This document shows positions 34,885 to 46,319 of a stretch of 64,000 nucleotides of DNA, in pieces. The DNA comes from Psammoneis japonica (Eukaryota). The DNA lies in NCBI GenBank assembly GCA_008632985.1, contig QPGO01000138.1:62001-126000 (forward strand), written 5' to 3'. Position 1 is the stretch's first letter. Every line of letters begins with the position of its first letter. The notes under the pieces are model-generated. The model saw only the letters and a list, made by a program, of their open reading frames with translations, did not search any database and had not been told where the DNA came from. Position numbers and translations under genes: made by a program.

Positions 34885-35538
34885 ATGAGGTTCACCAGCA
34901 TCGCGATTGCGCTTGCAGCATTGATTGAGCCATCTCTTGGTAGGGACGTTCTTGATTTCAAACTCGAAGAGGATGACAAGGATTTCTGGTCCCGGCTGCT
35001 TCAGGAGGCGGGAAGCTTGAGTTTTCCAACTTCTGCGCCGTCTCCATGTCCCACATACCCTGTTGATTGTTCCGTTCCTGCGGATTGTGGACCTCCTCGT
35101 CCTCTCATCACACCTTCTCCTACTCCTGATACTCCACCGCCTACTGGTTTCACCCTCCCAAGGCCAGAATGTACCAGTGACGAAGATTGCTCATATTTGG
35201 ACAGAGATGAGGACCCAAAGATGCCCGGTGACATTATCAGAGGAGTCTGTCCTGAAGAAGATGTTCCGGGGCTCGGTATTCGTGCCTGTGAAGGTGAAGT
35301 TATTGACGTGGAGACTACGTTCATTCCTTTTGAGTGTGCTGATGGAATTTGCCAACCTGAAACCTCTGCCGCAACGAAATCAGTCCCTTCATCGGCGCTA
35401 CAGAGGCAGAGGAGAGGAAGATGCTGTATAATTAGGTGCCCAGGAGGACGCTGCAGATACACTAGATGCTGCAGAGGGGGGTGCCCAGTTAGATGTGGTA
35501 GGGTATTTAGAACAATCACTGGTCCAAGCCGAGACTAA
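34885..35538 (+). CDS. Small secreted Cys/Pro-rich protein with an Arg/Cys-rich cationic C-terminus
   Basis: Signal peptide MRFTSIAIALAALIEPSLG; FWSRLLQ...SL (RxL-like); Pro/Thr linker; QRQRRGRCCIIRCPGGRCRYTRCCRGGCPVRC tail. Confidence 0.8.
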   Translation: MRFTSIAIALAALIEPSLGRDVLDFKLEEDDKDFWSRLLQEAGSLSFPTSAPSPCPTYPVDCSVPADCGPPRPLITPSPTPDTPPPTGFTLPRPECTSDEDCSYLDRDEDPKMPGDIIRGVCPEEDVPGLGIRACEGEVIDVETTFIPFECADGICQPETSAATKSVPSSALQRQRRGRCCIIRCPGGRCRYTRCCRGGCPVRCGRVFRTITGPSRD

Positions 35539-35757
35539 GTCGAGGGAGTGAGGAAAGTGAAGATAGGACCGACTCTAGTTTCTACTTCACTAATAAATTT
35601 TGTTGAACATTGAAGAATAAATGAAAGAGAAAATAGGTTGTTTATGTTATGAAGGGACTTGTATGTAGGCAATGAAGTCGCCTCATGGTCGTGGCTGCGA
35701 CATACTGCACACGGTTGAATCTGACATGAAAGAATTGCACTCCTCTCAACGTAGTAT

Positions 35758-38700
35758 TCAACCAGCTGTGCCTGTTGAGGAGCAGGCTCCGAACTCAACA
35801 CTCTCGGAACTCCCGAACTCGGCTCCAGACGCAATCTCAACGCCGTCCAGGAACAACGCGTAGCCACCATCGCCTGAAAAGCCGTCCTTGTACTCATCAT
35901 GAATGGTGAAAACGATACAAGCATCCTCTGGGACGCAAACCTCTGCAACATTTTCTGTCTCAGGTGCATCCGGATCGGGAGCCCCTTGTATAAAGTCATC
36001 GCCATCTACAGTAAGCTCCCAGGATGTATCTTCGGCATATGCATCTGTAGTGATTTCGATTCGAAGCACACTACTGGAGTCATCGCACTCAATAGGAGTG
36101 GGAGCTATGGTTGGCGCTTCGGTTGGTGCGCACGCAACAAGTCCTTGTGACTCAAAGATATCTTCGAACTCTTCGACCACTAGCGCCTCTTTACCATCTA
36201 CAAATACGGTGTAACTTCCGAAACCGAAGTCGCAACAAATCCCGTTTCCTCCAGAATCATGAACTCGCAGCATAGCGCATGTTTCACTTTTAATGCATCC
36301 TGTCTCCGTAATGTCCGTGAACACGTCGCTAGACTCATATGGACCCCCGCTGAGGATGGTTACGTTGGAGTCGCTGTCTATAAGCTCCCAAGAAGTTTCT
36401 TGGGGTTTCTGATCAGTGACAACTGCCACTTGGACGAAGGTTTCATCTGATTCACAACCCGCTGGTGGCACGAGGATCGGACCACACGCGTCGGCGCAGC
36501 AGCGACACGAAGCGCTGCACCCAATCTCCAGCGTTTCGAGTGTGCCTTCTCTCAACGGGCATAGATGATCGACGGATCCGGTGATATCAGAACCCACCAG
36601 AATGAGGCTTTGAAGCCCTGTCAATGAAGAGAACTCGTTCGGTATACTGCCATCGAATCTAGAGAAAAGAAGACTTAGGGTCCGAAGGCTTGACATCATG
36701 CCAAGCTCTGTAGGCAATGATCCATTCAAGGCACTTGCAACAGGGTCTTGAATTACAATGAATTCAACCACGTTGGAAAGTAGCCCAATCTCAGACGGCA
36801 ACGAGCCCTCGAAAGTGCCCCCGAGGAACAAGAATTCTGCGAGGAAACAAGAATAGAATTAGCTGTACAACCGGGAGTGATAGAGATGTGTAAGGAAAAA
36901 TTACGCACCTAAACCTGTGACTTGACTAAGCTCTACCGGGATAGTTCCGTTGAAGTCATTTCCAAGTAGTACGAGCTGCTCGAGATTATCAAGAAGGCCG
37001 ATTTCTACGCAATAAGCAAGAAATAATGAGATATCCAAGAACAAAAATTACTGCGTAAAGTTTACCAACAAGCACGATACTCACCTGACGGTAGCAACCC
37101 CGAGAGGAAGTTGGTCTCGGCTTTGAACACCTCCAGGTTTTCAAGAAGGCCGATTTCAGTCAATAGAGATCCAGATAGGCGATTGTCTGCGAGTAACAAG
37201 GTCTCCAACCTTGTCATCATTCCAAGTTCTGAAAAAAGCTGACCCGTGAGAGAATTGTTCTGTAAATTGAGAGATTTAAGATTTTCCAACATTCCCAGTT
37301 GGCTAGGAATCGTTTCGTTCAGGCCGAGGCTTTCTAACTCAAGTTTCTCGAGTTTTTGTAGCATGCCCAATTCGGACGGAATAGGACCAACGAGTTCTGT
37401 GTTTGAAGAGATGGTAAGAGTTTCGAGATCGGACAACATGCCTAATGGAGGAATAGTGCCAATCAGTTGGTTACTCTCGAGCTGCAGCGTTTTGAGAGAA
37501 GAGAACATCTCAAGCGCCGGCGGGATAGAACCTAAACGAGCACTAGCGGTAAGAAAACAGAAAACATACCAAGAACGAAAAGCACACAAAGAAAGAGCCG
37601 TACCTGTCAAAAAGTTGAATCCCAATTTTAAAAGCTCGAGTGGCCGAGAGCTCGGCATTGTTCCGTTGTCGGAAATTGGGATCACTCCAGAGAGAGCATT
37701 CTTCTCGAGTGACAACTCCCCCAAGCCGTCCAAAAGAAACAACCCACTAGGAATCTTGCCTTCCAACCTATTATCCGATAGTTTTAAAAAGACAAGGTTG
37801 GAGAGCCCTTCAATTGAAGTGGGTATTACTCCGGAAAAATCGTTCCTGTGCAGCTCCAATTCGCGAACCTGTTGAAGTAGCCCAAGCTCAGTTGGCAAGG
37901 TCCCTTCGAATCCATTTGACGCAAGAAATAGACTGAACATGTTCGACATCACTCCAATTTCTAAAGAAAACGCAAATGGATAAGACTGTGGAGGGAAAAA
38001 GTTAAGCGGTGTAAGATTTGTAAACAAGAGGCTCACCTGATGGAATGGTCCTGATGACGATCGAGTTTCCCACGCAAGACAAAAACGGAAGGTTGAGCAT
38101 TTCGAGGCAAAATTACGAGTACTACAATATTAACACTTACCCGGAAATACTGTTTTCAGCCAAATTTAAAACCTCTAGATCTGTCATAGCCTTAATCTGA
38201 GTGGGCAGCGATCCGTCAACGAGATTTTTGGAAAGATCCAACTCTGTCATGTGGGTTAGAAGAGCCAATTCCAATGGCAAAGTGCCCCTCAACCGATTGA
38301 ACGGCAAGTGCATCTGGCGCACTGAATTTTGATTTTTCTCATCGCAAACAAGCTGTTCTGGCGACCATTCGCATTCATTCTCTTCTGACAACCATGTTCC
38401 GTTACGAATCCAAGCCGTACCACCTGTACTGAAAAAGAAAGTTGCAAGAGCAAATCGTTGCAAAATTCTAGATTCAGTATCTGGCAAGGACCCAAGTAAG
38501 CTGGCGTTGTCTCGTTCAAGCCAGGCCAATGCTTCAGACTGAGGAGAGTTCGAATCATCGAATGCAGAAGCTGAATCTGGGGAGAGCTCTTCAATGAGGA
38601 CTTGTACCATTGTTGTCGGAGCTGCTGTAGGAGGATCAGTTTTTTCTCCGCCGGACTGATCATCCTTCACGAGCACGACGCTCAAAACGATTGTAAGAAT

Positions 38701-39648
38701 AATGGCTATCAATACAAAAGCTCCGCCGGCAAAAACGATGCGACGCCTCCTTCTCAATGTTTTCTCTGAAACGGCCTCTGCTTCCGTGATAACAGGTTCT
38801 TCGACTTTGGTAGCCGCAATCAAATCCATAGAGTCCTCTTGTGCGGCCTCTTGAGGAGGAACTGGTACATCTGCATTTCGCCTTGTAGAAGCGGGTAGCC
38901 AGGTCTGAGTTGAGTCCCAATCGTTACTTGAATCCCTTTCTCTAATCCCTTCAACCCGTTCTGCCCCAGGGGTTATTTGTGGTTCCAATGCAGGGCCAGG
39001 CACAGTCGAATCATCTTGCTGGGATGCTGAGCCCATCTTTTGTGCACTCTTGCTGACCATTACGCTAGTACGAGCCTGCGTACTAAGCGAGCCCATTGGA
39101 ATCTTCCCATACGAGGTTTCGTCGAAAGGATGGGCATGATCCCTCTCAAAACCATCAAGGTCGCTCTTGATATCAGCTTCTAGACCAACCGGTACCGCTC
39201 CAGGTTTCGTCGCCCGTGGAGCTCCTTCTCTCTCAAAGCCGTCTAGGTCTCTCTTGATGTCGGCCTGTAATCCAACCGCCACTGCTCCTGGCTTATTTGC
39301 GCGGGGAGCTGCTTCTTTCTTATCTTCGTCCAAATTCCGTTCTGGCGTGACAGTCGCTCTGCTCGTCTCGGGAGTTGTTGGCTCAAAAAGGCTATCGGGT
39401 CCAATCGTATGGCCAATATCTATGCCTGCCATTGCAAATTCCTCTTTTGGATTGGTGCTTCTGACACTGTGGTTCGTAGACACCAGCGAACGTACCGCGC
39501 CTTGGTCTGTTTCTTCCCCATACTTGCCTGCGAAACTGGACTGCTTAGTAGGACGATTGTAGTCGTCGTCATAAGCTGATTCCTCATCATCAACAGACAC
39601 CGACCAACTCAGTGGTGCCGCATATTCCTCATCTCTGTTTTCACTCAT
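35758..39648 (-). CDS. Type II membrane LRR receptor-like protein (multi-exon) with two C-terminal beta-rich repeats
   Basis: Disordered N-terminus with PGAV motifs; TM after RRRRR; PQSEALAWL...QRFALATFFFSTGG..W cap; many LxxNxLxGxIPxELG repeats; two TD....TSWEL...DxxGxG/DG repeats; several GT-AG introns. Confidence 0.9.
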
Positions 39649-40072
39649 TCCTTCGCTTTTTATTTCTGTATCCTGTTCGAAACATACAAGATTGAGCACG
39701 TGGTGCTTCTCATTTTCCTCTGATGGGCGAGATTCAAGATGGGAGCAGGATTGAATGTGCAGATTTTCGGAAATTTCTTGTTGACACCGATCGATCGTTA
39801 CAACGCTTGAGAACACCTATTTTCAATACGTGCATGAATAGGTTTATATCGATCCCAACAAAACCATCAGAATAAATATAATATTTCTTCAATCGTTTAG
39901 AAAACAATACAGCCTAAATCACGCGGGCCAAATTGAATTTTCAAAATAATGCTCACAATAACTTTTTGATTTTTGAGGGTGGCCAGTTGCTACTTTTTAA
40001 GCTCGAATTCGGCCGAATGTATCTTACCTTCACTTCCGTTCTGTGCTGATTGTCGTCCAAACCCGAACCACC

Positions 40073-41670
40073 ATGATGGATCAAGCTTCGATCGGCGATC
40101 CCTGTTGCGACGGTCGACCGCATCCAGTGCCAAAGAATGAGGTCAATACACGTCCCAAGACATGTCGTGAAGCTGAATGCCTTTCAACTTGGCTCGGTGG
40201 AAGATCTGTCTTTTTGACCGGATTGACAACGAATCCAGAGCTCAACGATGAAGTGTGCTTTACCGTTCGTTTCATGGTCAATAAGCAGCGCTTTGAAGTG
40301 GAAGTCATCCATCAAAATATGCGCCAGATTTTAGTCAAGTTTGAGAATATTGAAATTTTGACCGAGTCAGAAAAGGAACGAATCGAAAGAGACCATCCTG
40401 ATAGAGTCCGACGCATGAAGGCGCACAATCAACAAGTCACGGAGAAGAATAGGCGACGAATGATGGAAGAGCGCGTTTCATTCAAAGACCCGAGCAAGGT
40501 GAAGAAGAAGAGACATGGTGGATCGCGCAGGGGTATTAACCCTGGCATTTGCCCATGCTGCAACAAACCGATGGAGGCTTGCGAGGGAGAACCAGAGACA
40601 GTTCTTATCAGAGGTAACGCTGGAATGATTGAATGGCTCGCCGAGGATGGAGGCCGTGGCTCAGACGGGAATATGATTGCTGATTTCGTCAGCTATGCTA
40701 CGCACTCGGCATATTCCTATGGATATGGCAGCATTCTTGGCTGTGATTGCAATATGTGGCTTCGAGATCCTATTTCTCAGCAATTTCCTCGTCGTTCTGA
40801 AGGCGGTTGTCGTCATTGTGGAAATAACCCGGACAGTTACGCAATCAAGGAGATGTTTGACTCTAATCTATCAGAAGCCATGCTGAAAGTAGCCTGGCGA
40901 GATGACGATGCGACCCGATTCCATTCGCAGCAGTCGAGTTGTTTACGCTGGTAAGTCCAAGGAGTATGTATTGCTGAGCGATTCTGCTTCTCTTTTCTAA
41001 CACTCTCGTACCTTTCTTGTCATCAAAGCTTATTGTTGGGATGCCTCCACCCCAGTACATTTACACTTTGGAGTTTCCTCATATCTTTCGACAGCTCTCA
41101 GAAGTGTTGGGAGCGGGAAGAACCGACACGTCTTACGCGGCTCAAATGACTGCCATGATGGTGTATAAATGTGCCATGGGATCTCGCCCCTGCGACTACA
41201 ACATTGCGTGTTTTCGAGAACACTATATAGTACCGCTCAAAAATGCTGTGTAACCAGGAACGTACCGCCAAATGTTCGAGAGGCGGCAGGGTTTCTTTGC
41301 TCAAGGGTTTGCTCCTACGGGCAAATTTGAGGACGTCCATGGACGTCGCCTTGGTCTCAAGATGAAATGTGACGAATGCCAAAGGCTAGAGTCAACTCTG
41401 CACAAGAAACTCTCCAAGTGCAGTCGGTGCTCGCAGGCATTTTATTGCGGTTCGGACTGCCAAGTAGCTCACTGGAAAGCAGCTCACAAAAAAGTCTGTA
41501 AGAAACTATTGGAACTCTACATCAAGAACAAATCATTAGCCTGGGAGCCATCGACTGGCAAGATGTGTTGTGCGCAATGCGGACTCGGCCCTGTCAGCCA
41601 GAAAGATATGAAGATGCACATGGGATGCACTGGCCATGACGTTCACGATGTATCTATGAGCGTGTTGTAA
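40073..41670 (+). CDS. MYND-type zinc-finger protein (exon structure uncertain, possibly disrupted)
   Basis: CDEC...LSKCSRCSQAFYCGSDCQVAHWKAAHKKVC is a canonical MYND finger; N-terminal V.LTGLTTNPELN motif; donor gtaagt at 40951. An in-frame stop at 41251 could not be resolved by simple splicing. Confidence 0.7.
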
Positions 41671-42076
41671 TGTGGCTACTCTATGTTGCGGCTATGTGCA
41701 TTGTTAGCCTTGTGGGTTGTGACTGCGTACGTATGCATAATAATAACATTTAAACCCTAGACCAGAGTAAGAGTAGTTCACCGGGTAATGCTAAGTTATA
41801 AGAGGTCAGAGGAGACCCATTATCATGCGGTACGTCGACTAGAGTAGCAGCTGTGCAGATCCGACGCCTGGTCTCCTCTCTACCTACCGGAGGGCCTACG
41901 TATCTTTTTGACACCGATTGTTCCAAGAGGTTATTTTATTACGTATACGGTACATGCCATCAGATCAGAATAAATCTTTCGAATACAGCCTAAATCACGC
42001 CGGCCAAATGAATGCAAGAGTCACGGATTGGAACGACTTTTGCTATCGACAGAACGCTGAAGACAGTAGTTTAGGT

Positions 42077-44654
42077 CTAATCAACACGACAAACACCATC
42101 CCAACAAGCGGGTCCAGCTGCAGGAACAACACGAATGATATTTGCAGCTCCAGGGGTTCCAAAGCTTCAACATCAACAGCAGAAAGGTTAGAAAGTAGAG
42201 AGCAGCGAACATCCACAAAGTCTTGCACAGAAAGTGAACTTACGGAACTCCCGCTGTCACGACTAGCAAATCGTCGGGATCAGAAACCAGACCCTTTTTC
42301 ACTGTAAAAGAAATTTTGTAGGAGGAACAAAAAACTACCGGTTAGCAAAAACAAACGCTGCGTTGCGACTATGCACAACGAACTCAACAACTTACGGGCT
42401 GCGCGACAAGCATTACGAAGAACGAGATCAAAGTCATCAACGTCCTGTTCCAACAGTGCTGCGCATCAATACAAAAGCAAGACGGATAAAGATGTTAATA
42501 AATTTGTAATAGAAATACACAACAACACGAACTTATACTACTCACGTTCGTCGTAGTCAAACATGTCTTCCTCATCCACAGAGAAACCATAGGAACCAGC
42601 CTTTGGAAGGTCTGAAGCGCAATCAAGATAGATAGCAGTCAAAGTTTAGAAAATGAGGTCACGCAAAAAGTCACACAACTACGACAGAAAGCAAGAGAAA
42701 AACACTCATACCTGGGTAAACTCCCCAGCTGAGTGCTAGCTGACGGGAAGTCTCCTTGAATGGGCAAAGCGCCATGATGGGTACACGCGGCCTTCCCTTG
42801 GAGGCTCGTAGCACGGTCGAGCCTCGGAGAGAAAACGAAACGATAGCCTTGGCCTTAATGGTGTGAGCAACCTGCCGAGCCGCGACAATGATTGCGTCAG
42901 TTGGCGTGTTGTCCGGGACGGGTACGTTCGAGTCCATGAGAGACCTGTAATGGTTATCGCTTTCGACACGGTTGATGATTCGTTGCTGCATTGCCACAGA
43001 CTCTTCTGGGTACTGTAGATTGAAATAGATATTGAGAAGCAAAGAGAAAGCAGCGGATACAACGTTATCGGAGCTGGTGGTTTCACACTGAGAAAAATGT
43101 CACATTTCGCCTACCTGTCCAGCGGCTGACTCAGCACTAAGCATGATTGCATCTGCTCCATCGTAAATAGCGGTAGCGACATCACTGGCTTCGGCCCTAG
43201 TAGGTGTCGGGGCTTCAATCATGCTCTCAAGCATTTGTGTGGCAACGACAACTGGCTTGCCTTGTTCTCTGCACTCGTCAATAATTTGCTTCTGAAGAAG
43301 AGGAACGTCTTCTGGTGCACACTCGACGCCAAGATCTCCACGAGCAACCATTATTCCATCGCATTTGTCAACAAGCTGCTCAAGGTTGTCGTCAAGGAAG
43401 CAGGAGGGCTTCTCGATCTTCGCCATGACGCTCGGCCTGAACTGCTCGGGCGGGAGCTTCTCATCGATAAGACTATTGATCTCATCAATATCAGCAGGAC
43501 GCTGGACAAATGATAAAGCTATCCAGTCAACGCCAATACCAAGCATGTCTTCAAGAGAAAATAGACGAAATCAAACAGAAAGTCAACAATCACTGCGCGT
43601 GACATGGGCGAATGATAGAACGAAGTACAAGGCAACTCACATTCCAAATCCGAGCGATCCTTTGGTGTCAGTGGACTAATGTCAAGGACCGAGTCGGGAG
43701 TGTTGACACCCTGATTAATGTAGACGGGAAAGTTACTCGTTAGCAATAGGCCTTGGGCTTTCAACACAGTCCGTCAACAAATACACACGAACAACGAAGT
43801 AAATTCTCACCTTGCGATTGCTAATCTTTCCAGCGACATCCACATTGCAATCCAGATACTCCCCATCTTCACCCTTGCCTGTAACGGTTAGCTTGACCTT
43901 GCCGTCATCGACCATCAAGGTATCACCGACTTTGGAAGCCTTGATAATCTCCGGGTGAGGAAGCTGAACACGCTTATTATCACCCTTGGCTTCGTCGAGA
44001 TCAAAGCGAAACGTTTGTCCCGCCTCTAGGAATTCGCCCTTTTCGTTTGAAAACTCACCAACCTACAACAGTAGATAGCAACGAAACGACACGTAAGAGA
44101 ATGAAATCACACAGCTACACGATATTAACATTGCGGATGAAACGAGGGAAAGAAATCAAACACAACTAGACATAACTGATGCAATGGATTCTTACCCTCA
44201 GCTTGGGACCTTGAAGATCTCCTAGAATCGCAATAGGATGAGAGTACTTTTCTTCCACTTCACGAATCATAATCAAGAGTTCCTTCTTTTGTTCTTGAGA
44301 GCCATGACTAAAGTTGAGACGAAAGACATCCGCACCAGCCAAGAAGAGCTTCTCGATCATTTCCTTGTTGCTTGATGCAGGTCCCAACGTTACAACTTGC
44401 TTGGTGTGCTTGCGCCACCGTTGAGCCACCTTTGGGACGGCAGCCACCGTTGTCTCGGAGGCACTGGGAACGCTGCTACTAGTAGTACTAGTAGCTCCGT
44501 TGGGTTGAGAAACAACCGACAAGGTGGTGGTGCGAGTCGTTGTACTGGCAGATCCAGAACGAAAAGCGGGATTCAGAGATCCAGGGACAAAGGCGTCGCC
44601 AGTTTGGGACGCCAAGCCCATGACAAGTCCGAGAAAGGAAGAAGATACCTTCAT
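42077..44654 (-). CDS. PYK: Plastid-targeted pyruvate kinase, many introns
   Basis: [76 protein letters not shown]; signal peptide + GDA|FVP; last exon [13 protein letters not shown]...CRVD*. Confidence 0.96.
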
Positions 44655-45279
44655 GGTTTTCAAGAAACAAGCTTTCTCACAAAAAGATATGAATGAGGAG
44701 AAACTTTTTGTTGTTGTTGCCACAAACAAAAAGTGAAGTCTTCTGCAAGAGAATTTTTCTAAAAAAATCAATTCCTCAAGACAACAACGACAATGAGAGA
44801 CGTGTACTTGTTCGGATGCCGACAAAATAAGGCACACAGACACAATCGCTCCTCCAGTTGTCACACGACATCATCAACCAATCAGGTGCAAATTTTTTCG
44901 CGCGCGATGAGCCGTTGAATTTCGAAAAGTGGGTGATGTCGCCAGGGAGAGCTGTGATTGGCTCGCTGGCTGGACTTGAAAGAAACCGTGACGTCAATGC
45001 TTCCCGTCTGTCCATAGCCCGTGAATGATTTCTGACCATTGAAGAAAAACGCGCAACGAAGGATTATTCCGCGCACGTCCGCAATCAACGAGGACCAAGG
45101 ACCATCGTTCATGAAACGACGCCGAGTAGACCAACGACAAGCCGCGAGGCCGCGAGGCAAACGTGTTGCTTTGCGCTTATTCGTTCGATTGTCATCAAGC
45201 TTCACAGCCTTACGATTACTGCATTAGACGTATCGGCTTGTCAGTTACGAAATAAGTGACACATAGACTTACAACAAAG

Positions 45280-45822
45280 ATGCGTATTGAAAAGTGCTAC
45301 TTTTGTTCGTCGCCGTGCTACCCCGGCCACGGCATGCTGTTTGTCAGAAACGACTCGAAGCAATTCCGATTTTGCAGGTCCAAGTGTCATCGAAACTTCA
45401 ACAAGAAGCGCAACCCCCGAAAGGTGGCGTGGACCAAGGCATATCGTAGAACACGTGGCAAGGAAATGGCGGTGGACTCAACCTTTGAATTCGAGAAGCG
45501 AAGAAATCGACCCGTCAAGTACGATCGAGATCTCATGGGAAAGACAATTGTCGCCATGCAGCGTGTCCAAGCAATCAAGGAAAAGAGAGAAGAGCGTTTC
45601 TTTGCCGACCGAATGAAAGATGCCAAGGTGGAGAAGAAGATGCAGGCACGTGTGGAAATCGAAAAGAGTATCGAAATTCTGGCACCAGCTGTGGCCAAGC
45701 GCGAGGAGGTCATGAAGAACGTGGTGGACAGCGCAAGGGCTCGGATTGCAGCAAGGAAGAAGGCTTCTGGACAAAGAATTGCTCTTACCAACAAGGATGG
45801 AGGGGATCAAATGGAAGAGTAA
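45280..45822 (+). CDS. RLP24: Ribosome biogenesis protein RLP24 (RSL24D1, eL24 family)
   Basis: [56 protein letters not shown]...[18 protein letters not shown]. Confidence 0.96.
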   Translation: MRIEKCYFCSSPCYPGHGMLFVRNDSKQFRFCRSKCHRNFNKKRNPRKVAWTKAYRRTRGKEMAVDSTFEFEKRRNRPVKYDRDLMGKTIVAMQRVQAIKEKREERFFADRMKDAKVEKKMQARVEIEKSIEILAPAVAKREEVMKNVVDSARARIAARKKASGQRIALTNKDGGDQMEE

Positions 45823-46319
45823 TTTTGTTGTTGCTTGAACGATTGTCGGTACGTGGTATCTATTCTCAACACCATAACAACACACCGGTAGTTTTCGTCT
45901 TTTAAAAATGTAACTGATCTGTTTCACTTGGACAAATGATAAATGATGCTGAGTTATGTTCAATCCGTACTCTATTCCATACCCCATCGATCCCTTTTTT
46001 TTCCTTTTTCGAACACTACTTTGAAATCCAGTGGCGATTTGGGTTGCGGTGAAGTTGCCATAGTGCGCCTTGTTTCTTGGTCATGTTGTCCGTCAAAGTG
46101 AGAAAGGCGAAATAACATTCGCCACTTGTCCCAGCTTGTACGTGCCATGAAATGCAATTCCTCTCGTAATGTGAACGAATCAAGACCTAATCCACCTACC
46201 GGTATATGATAGTAGCAGGATTCACTTTCTAGATAGACTTATTTTTAACAATTGGTGTGCTTGTGCGGTTGAGTCTCGGAGTGCTGTAGCTGTCGCTTCA
46301 AAGTCATTCGTCTTGTCCA

